A DNA stretch of 64,000 nt. Origin: an archaeon. Its GTDB lineage: Archaea > Asgardarchaeota > Heimdallarchaeia > Heimdallarchaeales > Kariarchaeaceae. The position numbers and the translations under genes were made by a program. This document shows, piece by piece, positions 19,767-30,303 of the stretch. The notes under the pieces were generated by a model, which was not told where the DNA came from, ran no database searches, and was given only the letters and a program-made list of their open reading frames with translations. Every line of letters begins with the position of its first letter. The first letter of the stretch is position 1. The stretch lies in assembly GCA_024280435.1 (NCBI GenBank), contig JAJRQD010000109.1, positions 1,879-65,878 on the forward strand. The letters are read 5' to 3'.

Positions 19767-21933
19767 ATAATCTTCTTGTATTTGCATTCTCATCTTCCTG
19801 TACCACAGTGAAGTTGATTATTAATGTATTTCCAGGTTCGATATTCTCAAATTTCCAACCATGTACATTACCATCATCAGTAGATTTAACATCCTGTGTA
19901 ACACCTTCTGGTGTCATTGTCAGAGTTTCTTCGACAAGTCTGAAACCTGATGGGATCAAATCACTGACAACAATACTCTCTGTTGAGGTACCATTGTTCT
20001 CTGCTTCGATCTCAATTTCATAGGCGTTCTGACCCTCATAATCAACACCAGCTGTATCCTTGGATATATCCAGTTCTGCACGTCTGTGTACAACTACCAG
20101 TGCTAATCCCTCGATCTCAGTCTCTGCACGAACTTTTGCTTCAGGTGCTTCATATAAAAATGCCTCTGCATATGATACTGCTCTAATAGGATCTTCTCTT
20201 GGTTCTGGGTTAATTGCAACAGCTGTATACTCTATTGTCAACAATTCATCCTGATTAAATCCACCATCTTCAGTTTCCTGCAGATTCTCAAGTGATAATA
20301 TCATTCTTTGACCACCCTCTACCTCACTATCTGTCATTAATTCATAGGAATATGCATCTTTTGGCAATTCATTTCCATTTCTCTTGATAACAATTGATTC
20401 TTGTTCTGGTGCATCAAACCCTGGTGGTATCTGCTCATTGATGATAACAGCTTCCACTGGAAAAGTACCAACACCTTTGACAGTTACAACATTATCAATT
20501 GGTGTCTCACGGTATGATTCAAGCTCAAGCTCTGTGATCTCCTCACCATCTTTCATATATAGTTTGGATATCTCAATAGCCATGAATTTAAGCTTTTGAA
20601 GTGGTAATGTAAGCAAGTTCTCAGTCAGTTTAGACATCTCATGCTGTACACTGAAATCAATGAAGTTACCAAATTGAGGTGTGGAATCAGGTGATTCATA
20701 CACAAATTCAAATACCACATCTTCCGTTGGTACAATCTCACGCTCATCCTCAGTTGCCTGTTCACCATCCCAATCAAGTACTAGTTGATTTGATTCCATA
20801 TCATCTGCAAATACTGTGAACCGGTTCAGATCATAAACAAATTCAGATCTGTTGGTGAATTTGATCTCACAATCAAACAGAGTTGGTTCTTCCTCTCTCT
20901 GTTTCCTGCGAACTTTCTGTTTCATATTTGATACACCATCAATATTGGTGAATTCTAGTCCAGATACCAGTTCATCCTTGACATTGTATACAACATCTAG
21001 ATTACCTGATTCATAAGCCTCTACACCCTCTGGAAGTGTTGCTGATAGATTAATTACTACCTCCACAGTTTCACCTGCATCAATCTCCTCGATATTGAAT
21101 TCAAGACCACCTTCAGTTTTTGATATCTCACCATTATCAAGATGCATCTCACCTATATTGGCAATCTCATTGAGAGTTTTTGTACCCTTAACATTGTAAA
21201 TTGGGACTGACATTGTATTCTGTATGGTAATTTTCAATTCAAAACTCTTCTCAACACCACCCAGGAAATTTGGTGAAACTCCAGTTTCTGGATCTGCATA
21301 CGTCTGAACAACTGTAATTGGCTCGAATTCTGTCTCATAAGCATATTCTTTTTTCCATGCATTATCAGTACCGGGTGCAATCAGTCCTATGTGTATCTTC
21401 TCTTCTAATCCATCAGATTTCACTTTGTCAACATTTGCGAGTTCAAGATCCACACCTGTGATCCTTGATTTATTACCTGTATTTGTAACAATAACCTCAC
21501 CAACTGCGGCTTCTCTTTCCTGTACTTTACCATAATAATCAAGTCTTGCAAAGTTTTTCTCCAGTAGTAATACATTCAATCCTTTTCCATCTGCAGCAGC
21601 TTCTATTCTGTCCTCTTCTGCTTTGGACATACTAGATTCCACATCGTATTCACCCGCTTCAAGTGAGCTATCGCCAACTTCATCATCAAAGGCAGTACCA
21701 GAAGTACCCCCTTCCTCATCAGCAGATGATTTTGCTATTGGTTTATTTGCAAGGGCTTTGAGTGCTTTATTTGCCTCTTTCTTGACTCCTTTATCCTTAT
21801 CAGTGGATAGTTCTCTTAATCTATCCATGACAACATCATATTGTTCATCAAGATTTGCAAAACCCTTACAAGCCTCCTTTTTATCATTCTTATTTCCCTC
21901 TGAAAGGGAAAGTAATTCATCAATATTAGTCAT
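19747..21933 (-). CDS. Acidic multi-beta-sandwich repeat protein (DUF11/CARDB-like) with HEAT-like N-terminus and no signal peptide
   Basis: The 728-aa ORF has repeated motifs of the type VIVTNTGNKSRITGVDLEL, AGETVEVVINLSATLPEG and IEAENNGTSTESIVVSDLIPSGF. The N-terminus contains DKGVKKEANKALKAL. Confidence 0.65.
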   Translation of the reverse strand: MTNIDELLSLSEGNKNDKKEACKGFANLDEQYDVVMDRLRELSTDKDKGVKKEANKALKALANKPIAKSSADEEGGTSGTAFDDEVGDSSLEAGEYDVESSMSKAEEDRIEAAADGKGLNVLLLEKNFARLDYYGKVQEREAAVGEVIVTNTGNKSRITGVDLELANVDKVKSDGLEEKIHIGLIAPGTDNAWKKEYAYETEFEPITVVQTYADPETGVSPNFLGGVEKSFELKITIQNTMSVPIYNVKGTKTLNEIANIGEMHLDNGEISKTEGGLEFNIEEIDAGETVEVVINLSATLPEGVEAYESGNLDVVYNVKDELVSGLEFTNIDGVSNMKQKVRRKQREEEPTLFDCEIKFTNRSEFVYDLNRFTVFADDMESNQLVLDWDGEQATEDEREIVPTEDVVFEFVYESPDSTPQFGNFIDFSVQHEMSKLTENLLTLPLQKLKFMAIEISKLYMKDGEEITELELESYRETPIDNVVTVKGVGTFPVEAVIINEQIPPGFDAPEQESIVIKRNGNELPKDAYSYELMTDSEVEGGQRMILSLENLQETEDGGFNQDELLTIEYTAVAINPEPREDPIRAVSYAEAFLYEAPEAKVRAETEIEGLALVVVHRRAELDISKDTAGVDYEGQNAYEIEIEAENNGTSTESIVVSDLIPSGFRLVEETLTMTPEGVTQDVKSTDDGNVHGWKFENIEPGNTLIINFTVVQEDENANTRRLFTVYKG

Positions 21934-22279
21934 TTATTATTCTAATTAATCACTAGATTTTTTAAATAGTTTTCGAGAAAAATTCAAAGCATTACTAAAT
22001 TCTAACTAAAAAGAATGAAAAACAATGAATTTAGTAAAACTGATGTTAATTATATGTAATTTTAAATATATTTTTTGTATTAAGATTGCAATATTTATGT
22101 AATTACATCAAATATAATATATCAATTATCAACTTTTAATAGACAATATACTTATTATAGTAATTTGAAGGGCTGAGGATAGAAATGATATTATTTCGGA
22201 ATTACAAACATAATTTGATTAATCCTCTTTATCTGATAAAAAGATTTAATAAATAATTAAAATTAAATAGGAATATAAA

Positions 22280-22909
22280 ATGCTTAAATTGAGATTATTA
22301 TTATTATTTTCTTTTCTAACAATAATCCTTGCAACCAGCATGATTCCAATCACTGCATCAGAGAATGATAGCACTGTTGATTTGGAAGTCAACAGTGATG
22401 GAGCTCATGAGGTCAGAGTAGAGGCATCTCAATGGGAATTTGTTGCCTTTGACATGGTGCAGGTACAGAGATTAATTGATGCAGGACAGAGTGAAGCAGA
22501 TGCCATGGATGCATCAAAATACAAACATAGAATAGGTTCTTTCATAAAAGGAGCACATGTTATTCTTAGTGTTGTATCAAGAGATGTTCAACATGGTTTC
22601 TCAATAAATGAACTCGGTATTCTAGTGGCTACCAATCGACCAATTCCACCAGATGAATTTGGGGCACCCACCGTTGTTGAATTTGATGCACCTGATAAGG
22701 ATGTTACCTACTCTGGTTTCTGCCATATCTTCTGTGGATTAGGCCATCCTGATATGAAGTTAAAATTCGTGATTGGGCTTGGATCAAAAGATTTTGGACA
22801 AGAAATTTTCTGGTCAGTTATTGCAATAAATGTTGGTATTTTTGGCTTTACAATGAGGTCATTATTTTCTAAACTTGGTAAAACAGAAGAAGAGATTGTT
22901 GCAGCATAA
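22280..22909 (+). CDS. CuA-type cupredoxin (cytochrome oxidase subunit II-like), membrane anchored
   Basis: It has a signal/anchor and then QWEF, DVQHGFSINELG and FCHIFCGLGHPDM (H...C-x3-C-x3-H-x2-M, the CuA ligand set). A C-terminal TM helix follows. Confidence 0.8.
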   Translation: MLKLRLLLLFSFLTIILATSMIPITASENDSTVDLEVNSDGAHEVRVEASQWEFVAFDMVQVQRLIDAGQSEADAMDASKYKHRIGSFIKGAHVILSVVSRDVQHGFSINELGILVATNRPIPPDEFGAPTVVEFDAPDKDVTYSGFCHIFCGLGHPDMKLKFVIGLGSKDFGQEIFWSVIAINVGIFGFTMRSLFSKLGKTEEEIVAA

Positions 22910-23124
22910 ATATAATATTTAAAAGAATTTGAATGAATAAATGCAAAATAATCGGAAATATTAATATTGATTATAAATTCCAAATATAATTTGCTGATAA
23001 TATCTCAAAATACTTGTAATTTCAACGAATTTACAAATTTCGAGTTAATTTAAATTAGTAAACTATTCAAACAAAATATTATTTTCAATTAAGTTTATAT
23101 TCACAACATACTAACACACAAATA

Positions 23125-26031
23125 ATGAAAGCGAAAAAATTATTATTTATATTTTTAATATTGCTTGTGTTACCAACTGTGTATGCAAATGACACAGGTA
23201 ATATTGAGCTGAGCACAATATCAACTGATGAATTCACTATAAAACCTGTTTTGGGAGATCTAGTTCCTTCTGTACTAGAACCAGATACTGCTACTGATGT
23301 AAATATTGCAGCACCTGTATTTGATACAGATGGAATTAAGAATGCTTCTCTTTACTGGACTTACAACGATATTGATTCTAATACAGAGTTTAATACTGCT
23401 ATGACTGAAAGTCTAAATGTAGAGGTATTGAATGAGATTAATCTAAATCTTGGCAATTTGTCAAATTATACCAGCTTTGGAGAGGTATCAGATGATTTTA
23501 CCAATTTCATGTATGGAGAGACCACAATTGAGAACGTAATGAGTGATATAACTTTTCAAATTGGGGCCAATACTGCTAAGGGTAATATAATTATATATTA
23601 TAAAGTTGAATACAAGAATATAACTACTGGAAATTGGGAATTGTATGATGAGAAAGGTGTACTCTGTTGTCAGGAGATAAATGTAAATCCACCGCTGATC
23701 ACATTCAATAATGTTGCGGGAATAAAAGTAGCTGCGGTATCATATGATACAATAATAAATGATGTTAGAGCACCTAGATTTGCAAGTATTGTACTCTCAC
23801 AGGATCAGTATATTGGAACGATCCCTGCATCAACAGATGCCACTTTTGTGAATTACTATGTCAAAACTTTTGATAATACTGATAATTTCACAGTTTCTCC
23901 AACTTATGAAATATTAATGGATGATATTCCAACAATCACCTTCAATGAGGTATTACCTGCCGTTATTGGTGGCACTCAGACATTAGATCTAAATATCACT
24001 GTCTCTGATGATAATAATATCACCAGTGTTGGATCAACTGATGTTGTAGCCTATTATAAATTACAGAATTCAAATATTTGGAGATCTACCACCATGACAC
24101 TGTATAATAGGACCACACAGTTTGATGCAGTATACACTGCAAGTATTAATATCGGAGTATTGGGTGATTCTGACCCGATTATGGATATTATGATCAATGC
24201 AACTGATAATATTGGTTCAAGAAATGGTAGAACAGGTTTTGTTACAGATACAGTATTAGTTGATAATGTCGGTCCATCACTTGTCTCATTGACATTTGAT
24301 ACAAGATCTCCGGTTGTAAATTCCACCAAAGCAGATGTGATTACAAGATTAGATGTGACCATATCAGATGATTCTGGTGTTAACAGTGCCAGTGTATTTT
24401 ACAAAAAATTGAATGATACATCATTTGCACAGTTACCATTAATAAATACAAGTGGAAATCTTGGAGAAGGACAATCCCCCATTGATTTCTATGTGTTGCT
24501 CCCTGCAATTGATGAGACTAGTGTGATAGAATATTATTTCAGAGCGGTTGATTTTCTCGGTAATACCATAACTACCTCCACAAATTACTACTATGTAGAT
24601 GGAGATGGTCCAAGCATAATATTACCAACTTTATATCCCGATCATATCTCAAATATTACAGATGTGTCTGTACTTTTCAATTCAACAGATATTAGTGATA
24701 TAGCAAGTTCTAGTGTGTATTACAGCTATGACAATGGCACAGTATGGGACAGTAGTAATGCTGCCAGTATTAATTATGGTGCATCTGAAGTTGTTAATGG
24801 TTTATATGATGCAGACCCTGATTATTATAATTTACCAATAGATATTAACAATAGTAGAATTGACTACCTGTCTATGAGAGTCAATGAAACTGCAAATATA
24901 AAATATCAACGAGTGGTATTGAAAGTAACAGTAACACATGATTCTGCCACTGATCTAAGAATATGGCTGTTGGTTGATGGAAAAGAATATCTTGTATTCG
25001 ATAGAATAGATAGTTCTGGCCAGATTACAATAAATATAGATCTATTACCACTGGGAATTTCTAGATCTGTATTTGAAGATTCGTGGTTCACACTTAAGAT
25101 ACAGGATTATTCAGATGATTATTATGGAACTATTGATGCTTTCCAGATAATATTCTATGACTATGATCTTCCTTATGGATATCAATTTGAAGCTGTAATT
25201 CCAAAAGCTTTGAATGATACAACAGTTCTTTACTATATTGAGACTGTGGATCTATTTGGTAATATTGCCACAACCCCAGTATCAAATTACTATGCAGATG
25301 GAATTGCACCAGATATCAATCATCAGGCAATTACTGATATACAAACTGAGGGTGCCAATTTTATCTATGTTGAGGCAACTCTCTATGACAAGGGTGGTAT
25401 ACAATTTGCAGAGGCATATTACAAGAATAATGCAAATGATACCTGGAATGTGATCTCAATGATATTGAATGAATTTGGTAATTATTATGCGAATTTACCA
25501 ATTACAAATGTTAATGGTAATTTTAGTTATTACATAAGAGTTATAGACATGGTCAATTATCAGAATACCACTGAAGTGTACTCCTTCAGTTTCAAAGATG
25601 CACTTGGTCCATTGATTGTATATATGGATACTTTTGAAGACGTTGTTGACATGGATAAGGAGAACAAAATCAGAATTAATGCAATGATCACTGATAATAC
25701 AGCTGTGGTTAATGCAACAATTGTGTATTCTATTGATGGTAGCAAGCCAAAAGTAAAAGAAATGGTTGACAATGGAGATGGAGAGTATTATTTTGACATC
25801 ACAGTACTGAAGAGCAGTGGAAATATTAGCTTATCCATAATAGCGGTAGATGATACAGGCATAAAAACTCAATCAAAGACTTTGGTTATCAGTTTTATAA
25901 ATGCGAGTAATCTCTATCTCAATTATGGTCTGGGAACAACTGCATTGATAGCTACAACAGTGGGTTCTTTCTTTGGAGTTAAATATTTAATCAAAAGAAG
26001 AAAGGATAGGGCATTCTTCTCGAAAAGCTAG
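23125..26031 (+). CDS. Large secreted surface protein with Ig-like repeats, P-domain-like module and C-terminal TM anchor
   Basis: It has a signal peptide and repeated ...SDD.GV..A.V.Y beta-domain motifs with many sequons. The C-terminus is LIATTVGSFFGVKYLIKRRKDR. Confidence 0.8.
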   Translation: MKAKKLLFIFLILLVLPTVYANDTGNIELSTISTDEFTIKPVLGDLVPSVLEPDTATDVNIAAPVFDTDGIKNASLYWTYNDIDSNTEFNTAMTESLNVEVLNEINLNLGNLSNYTSFGEVSDDFTNFMYGETTIENVMSDITFQIGANTAKGNIIIYYKVEYKNITTGNWELYDEKGVLCCQEINVNPPLITFNNVAGIKVAAVSYDTIINDVRAPRFASIVLSQDQYIGTIPASTDATFVNYYVKTFDNTDNFTVSPTYEILMDDIPTITFNEVLPAVIGGTQTLDLNITVSDDNNITSVGSTDVVAYYKLQNSNIWRSTTMTLYNRTTQFDAVYTASINIGVLGDSDPIMDIMINATDNIGSRNGRTGFVTDTVLVDNVGPSLVSLTFDTRSPVVNSTKADVITRLDVTISDDSGVNSASVFYKKLNDTSFAQLPLINTSGNLGEGQSPIDFYVLLPAIDETSVIEYYFRAVDFLGNTITTSTNYYYVDGDGPSIILPTLYPDHISNITDVSVLFNSTDISDIASSSVYYSYDNGTVWDSSNAASINYGASEVVNGLYDADPDYYNLPIDINNSRIDYLSMRVNETANIKYQRVVLKVTVTHDSATDLRIWLLVDGKEYLVFDRIDSSGQITINIDLLPLGISRSVFEDSWFTLKIQDYSDDYYGTIDAFQIIFYDYDLPYGYQFEAVIPKALNDTTVLYYIETVDLFGNIATTPVSNYYADGIAPDINHQAITDIQTEGANFIYVEATLYDKGGIQFAEAYYKNNANDTWNVISMILNEFGNYYANLPITNVNGNFSYYIRVIDMVNYQNTTEVYSFSFKDALGPLIVYMDTFEDVVDMDKENKIRINAMITDNTAVVNATIVYSIDGSKPKVKEMVDNGDGEYYFDITVLKSSGNISLSIIAVDDTGIKTQSKTLVISFINASNLYLNYGLGTTALIATTVGSFFGVKYLIKRRKDRAFFSKS
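24880..25165 (+). other. Proprotein-convertase P-domain-like segment
   Basis: VVLKVTVTHDSATDLRIWLLVDGKEYLVFDR...WFTLKIQDYSDDYYGTIDAFQIIF matches the P-domain pattern (H..gDL.i.L..P.G......W.L.v.D....d.G.l..w.l.f). Confidence 0.5.
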
Positions 26032-26131
26032 ATTGAATTGATTATAAAAATAAACTAAAATGAATTATATTATTAAATAATTACAAGGTACTAAACTAAT
26101 AGTTTAAACGTTATCATTTGTCTGCATAGGT

Positions 26132-26929
26132 ATGAAAGAATACACAGCAATAGTGCTAGCAGGTTCTGATGTGAATGATCAAGACCCATTACTGTTAAAA
26201 GCAGGTGTGAATAATAAAGCTCTGATCAGATTAAATGGAAAGACAATGATCAGCTATGTTCTTTCAGCTGTTGATCAATCAAAAAGGATTGAAAAAGCAA
26301 TTGTTGTAGGTATTACAAAAGATGATGTTGATATTGAATTAACAAAAGAATATACATTCATAGAATCAGAGGGATCATCAAGAACCGATACTATTTTTAC
26401 AGGATTCAAACATGCTAGAAAGACACAATCCGAGGAGGATTATCTTATAATATTACCAAGTGATCTACCACTGATTAATTCAGATATGATTGATGATTGT
26501 ATTGATGCTATGAATATAGATGCAGGTTTACATGAGGGTTATTATGGTGTAGTATTCCGTGATGATTACCACAGAAAATTCCCACATAGTAATAGATCTT
26601 GGAGATATCTGAAGGATGGTGTAATTGCAGCAGGTGATATCCATGCTATAAAAATCAGGACAATACTTGCTAATGAGGAAATAATATGTAATCTAATAAG
26701 CAAAAGAAAATCATTTGTTGGTATGATCCTTAAGTTCTCACCTTTAATGATTATCAGATACTTTCTGAAATCTCTTGGATTTAAACATCTGGTGGCATTT
26801 GTGAGGAAAGCTTTCAAAATAGATGCTGTACAGTATATTATTCCACATCCTGAAGCGGGAATGGATCTTGATTATCTTGATCAATTACCCAAATTTGAGA
26901 ATTATATTGTGAATAATAAATTTGAATAA
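26132..26929 (+). CDS. MobA-like nucleotidyltransferase (NTP_transf_3-like)
   Basis: AIVLAGS....KALIRLNGKTMISYVL and ILPSDLPLI are typical of this fold. Confidence 0.65.
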   Translation: MKEYTAIVLAGSDVNDQDPLLLKAGVNNKALIRLNGKTMISYVLSAVDQSKRIEKAIVVGITKDDVDIELTKEYTFIESEGSSRTDTIFTGFKHARKTQSEEDYLIILPSDLPLINSDMIDDCIDAMNIDAGLHEGYYGVVFRDDYHRKFPHSNRSWRYLKDGVIAAGDIHAIKIRTILANEEIICNLISKRKSFVGMILKFSPLMIIRYFLKSLGFKHLVAFVRKAFKIDAVQYIIPHPEAGMDLDYLDQLPKFENYIVNNKFE

Positions 26930-27036
26930 TAAAAATATAGGATACAATTTGCATTTACACGAAATATTTAAATATATCATATAAATAAAATTAGTATAAT
27001 ATTCTCTACATTCCAATAGAGACAACATTATATAAT

Positions 27037-27261
27037 ATGTCATGTAATAGTAGTAAAATGGAAAGATCAGAGTACATCAAAGATCCATTCAAGGTATTGA
27101 AACAAATAGATACCACTGATAAAGATGAATCTGTGTACAATGAAGAAATAGATAGATTAAATATCAATGAAGATGAGGAGGATATAGAGTTCTTGAAGGA
27201 GATCATTGATTCTTTTGAGAATTTCTATTTCAAAGAGGGAATGGAAAAACATCTTAAATGA
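27037..27261 (+). CDS. Small acidic hypothetical protein
   Basis: The 74-aa ORF is Glu/Asp-rich. Confidence 0.35.
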   Translation: MSCNSSKMERSEYIKDPFKVLKQIDTTDKDESVYNEEIDRLNINEDEEDIEFLKEIIDSFENFYFKEGMEKHLK

Positions 27262-27331
27262 ATGATCATTTGACATTTTATTACCTCTCCAAATAACAAT
27301 AAATTTATGATAATACTTTCTATAATTAAAT

Positions 27332-28312
27332 ATGAGTAGTAATGAGATTATTTTCGTTCCTGCATCTGAATGTGATGCAAACGATCTTGTTGATACACTT
27401 GTACAGAGTGATCTTGCAATTTTAAAAGAATCTTACAAAGATAATGTAGAGAAAATATTATCCATTCAATATAAATATAATAATCCAGGAACCTACGTTC
27501 TCAAGAATGTGGATGAAATTATAGGTATGATCAAGATACATCTACCAAGATCCAAAGTGGGCAAAACAGTATCCATATCAACTCTGATAGGAAATCTTGG
27601 ATTCAAAGACGGGATACGAGCTACATTGCTCATGTCAAACTGGGATGAATATAAATTAAGAGTTGGAGAAGCATACATAGAGTATATTGCAATTAAACAG
27701 CAGTTTAAAAATAAGGGTTATGAAAAAATAATTATTGAAGAGGCTATCAAACTGGCAATGGAGAATGATGCAAAATATATAACTATTTTCTCTCCAGAGA
27801 AAAAGGATGAACTTCTTGAGGAGATGGAATTTAAATTCAAACGAAATGTATACTCACCAGTTGCTAAATTATATGGAGTTAATTCAAAATGGCTAAAGTA
27901 TCATTATACAATCAAAAAACTTACTCCAAATATACAGGAAGTTGTTGAGGTTGTCAAAAGAAGATATAAGTACAGAGAGGCAAGATCAGCACTGCAATTG
28001 AGTATATGGCTACTATTAGTACCAATAGTTGGAGGTATTCTAGCCTATGTAAGAGGATTTCCACTGGCCACTGCTTTCTGGATAGGACTACTTATTTTCC
28101 ATATAATTGGTATTGCCGTGATATATTATGAGAAGTCTTTGCTTGGTAAATATCTGATCAGTATAGTGATGCTGATAGAAGCAGGTAATATGGCATTGAG
28201 AACTTTAAATACAGAGGTATGGTTTGATAGAGGATGGTTATTATTGATTGTATTGATAGATATTTGGATTGCATTTGTTATATTGAGAGTATCAAATTAC
28301 ATAGAGGAATAA
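27332..28312 (+). CDS. GNAT N-acetyltransferase fused to a C-terminal 4-TM domain
   Basis: It carries an acetyl-CoA motif-A-like segment, IEYIAIKQQFKNKGYEKIIIEEAIKLA. About 120 hydrophobic residues follow. Confidence 0.65.
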   Translation: MSSNEIIFVPASECDANDLVDTLVQSDLAILKESYKDNVEKILSIQYKYNNPGTYVLKNVDEIIGMIKIHLPRSKVGKTVSISTLIGNLGFKDGIRATLLMSNWDEYKLRVGEAYIEYIAIKQQFKNKGYEKIIIEEAIKLAMENDAKYITIFSPEKKDELLEEMEFKFKRNVYSPVAKLYGVNSKWLKYHYTIKKLTPNIQEVVEVVKRRYKYREARSALQLSIWLLLVPIVGGILAYVRGFPLATAFWIGLLIFHIIGIAVIYYEKSLLGKYLISIVMLIEAGNMALRTLNTEVWFDRGWLLLIVLIDIWIAFVILRVSNYIEE

Positions 28313-28433
28313 TAGACCATAAATCCATAAAAATGAGAGATATTTTTGGTATAGGTGTTTCTTTAAACATTTATTAGATAATGAATTTATTAACTAGTAA
28401 ATAGTATTTAATATAGAATTCAAGGTTTTATAG

Positions 28434-28577
28434 ATGTCAGAAGAGAAAAAAACTGAGGAAGAGAAGGAATATTTTGCCATGGAAAAATCTTTCTCCTTGA
28501 AGAAATTCAAGAAACTTAGTAAAAAAATAAAAAAAGATGAGAAAGCAGAAAATAAGGATAAACTAGCTGAAACATGA
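28434..28577 (+). CDS. 47-aa Lys/Glu-rich peptide (below the ORF-track cutoff)
   Basis: The sequence is MSEEKKTEEEKEYFAMEKSFSLKKFKKLSKKIKKDEKAENKDKLAET. Composition is the only support. Confidence 0.2.
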   Translation: MSEEKKTEEEKEYFAMEKSFSLKKFKKLSKKIKKDEKAENKDKLAET

Positions 28578-28669
28578 TTTATTGATCATATATTTCAAAA
28601 GATAATATTCACTACACTTTTTGATGCAACAATATTAAAATCTAAATATTCAGAGTTGTTTTATTATTT

Positions 28670-28909
28670 ATGGAATATAATAAATTCAACATTTATGAAT
28701 TAATAGTTGATAATAATGGGCAGATCAAGCTACCAGATGATATAATAAGCAGATTTAATATCAGAAGTGGTCAGAAACTTATAATGACATTGAAAGATGA
28801 TGAGTTGATCATTCTTCCGAAAATTGAGGATCCTATTTCTATGTTTGCTATGACTGCAAATAAGGATGAAATCAATGAATTTAAGGAATCAAAACTTGAT
28901 TTTGATTGA
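28670..28909 (+). CDS. AbrB/SpoVT/MazE-type DNA-binding protein
   Basis: QIKLPDDIISRFNIRSGQKLIMTLKDDELIILPK matches the swapped-hairpin barrel motif. There is no partner toxin gene nearby. Confidence 0.65.
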   Translation: MEYNKFNIYELIVDNNGQIKLPDDIISRFNIRSGQKLIMTLKDDELIILPKIEDPISMFAMTANKDEINEFKESKLDFD

Positions 28910-28930
28910 ATATTGTTAATATTCAACAAT

Positions 28931-30268
28931 TCAAATTTTAAATAATTTGTTTCCTAGTTCCTCCAATATTTTATTTTCTTCTTCATTAACAAATTCTGAT
29001 TTTGGAATCTTGCTTGTGATATGATAACTTTCCTGGGCAAATTGTCTTAATCCTAACCTGAATCTTGCATCATCATTTGCAGATAACAGTATATACTTAA
29101 TATCTTTAATTTTATGAAATAATATCACACCATTGTCATGAGTTATAGTATCAATATCTCCTTTACCAGAAACCACCTCTTGAAGAAAGTTGGATAAAGC
29201 AACAACAAAACCAGATATTAATGTGAGTTTTTTCTCACTCTTATTCAAAGCTCTTTCATAAATTGGTAATTCATTTTTAACAATTATAATAAATTCAATT
29301 GCTTTTTTATCCGTTTTTATCTGACTAAACAATGTCTGAGATATATTAACCAAATTATTGATGTTAATATCAACTAATTCTAATATTTTTTTCATTATAT
29401 TTTTATCATCCATTTGAATTTCATTAATTATTTTTTGCCTATTTTCTTCAATTGCGTAATTTTCTAATAACGGAAAATCACTTATATACTTAACAAGTGA
29501 TTGATCAATAAAATCAACTGATAACCACTGTAGCATAAATAAGCTTGCTTTATAATTTTGCATAGCTTTATCTAGGTTTAAATTGTACAACTCAAAATAT
29601 GCTTTTATTACATTTAAATACATGGTTAACAATTTCTGGTCAAATTGATTTGCAAAAACTTCAAGATCAGAGATATATTTCATGACATTATTGTAAATAT
29701 ATTTTTCTCTTGACTGGAAGAATAAATTCATATTTAAAAAACAAAGAGACCTTATACCCTCTATAACATTCACATATTTGTTAATAAAATCATTTATTTT
29801 TGAACTTTCAGTAATATTAATCATTAGTTCTAATATCTCATCTTCATGTGGATGATTATCATAAATTGATAAATTTTTCTTAAGTAAGTTATTAGTAATT
29901 AAATCTTCTTTCTTTTTATTAAATATATCCAATTGATCTTCAATTAATTTTTCAAAAGAATCTTTATCAATTGGTTTGTAAACTACTTTATCGATTTTAG
30001 CATCATTAATTGCATTTACAACGAAATCAAGTTGCAGATCTGCACTCATTAGTATACGTCTAATTTCAGGAAATTTCTCTTTTATTTCAATTAATAGAGA
30101 TACCCCATCTATTTCTGGCATTGAATAATCAGACACCAATATCGCAATATCATTATCAAATAGAATTTTCATACAAGTTTCATAATCATTGGCAACAAAA
30201 ATATTCCAATTATCTTTATAAATTTTGTATAACATTTTAGTTATTATCTTCTCATCATCAATTATCAA
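28931..30268 (-). CDS. Response-regulator receiver fused to a helical linker and a C-terminal Roadblock/LC7 (MglB-like) domain
   Basis: The REC residues are intact (DDE, LVSDYSMP, ILMSA, YKPI). For the C-terminus see feature 29030..29305. The frame is open upstream to 30313 (..NVNVLIIDDE), so the start is uncertain (TTG at 30268 or ATT at 30286). Confidence 0.85.
   Translation of the reverse strand: MIIDDEKIITKMLYKIYKDNWNIFVANDYETCMKILFDNDIAILVSDYSMPEIDGVSLLIEIKEKFPEIRRILMSADLQLDFVVNAINDAKIDKVVYKPIDKDSFEKLIEDQLDIFNKKKEDLITNNLLKKNLSIYDNHPHEDEILELMINITESSKINDFINKYVNVIEGIRSLCFLNMNLFFQSREKYIYNNVMKYISDLEVFANQFDQKLLTMYLNVIKAYFELYNLNLDKAMQNYKASLFMLQWLSVDFIDQSLVKYISDFPLLENYAIEENRQKIINEIQMDDKNIMKKILELVDININNLVNISQTLFSQIKTDKKAIEFIIIVKNELPIYERALNKSEKKLTLISGFVVALSNFLQEVVSGKGDIDTITHDNGVILFHKIKDIKYILLSANDDARFRLGLRQFAQESYHITSKIPKSEFVNEEENKILEELGNKLFKI
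29030..29305 (-). other. Roadblock/LC7-like segment of the REC protein
   Basis: The sequence is KAIEFIIIVKNELPIYERALNKSEKKLTLISGFVVALSNFLQEVVSGKGDIDTITHDNGVILFHKIKDIKYILLSANDDARFRLGLRQF. It parallels MglB-type strand-strand-helix-strand-strand-helix order (compare ..VVFLVDKNGQLI....TSLASLTAGNVAAMGGLAKL......LYMTIV....LVVIFDN.TSLGLVRLRI). Confidence 0.55.
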
Positions 30269-30303
30269 TACGTTTACATTACGAATATAAATTCCCCCAA
30301 TAA

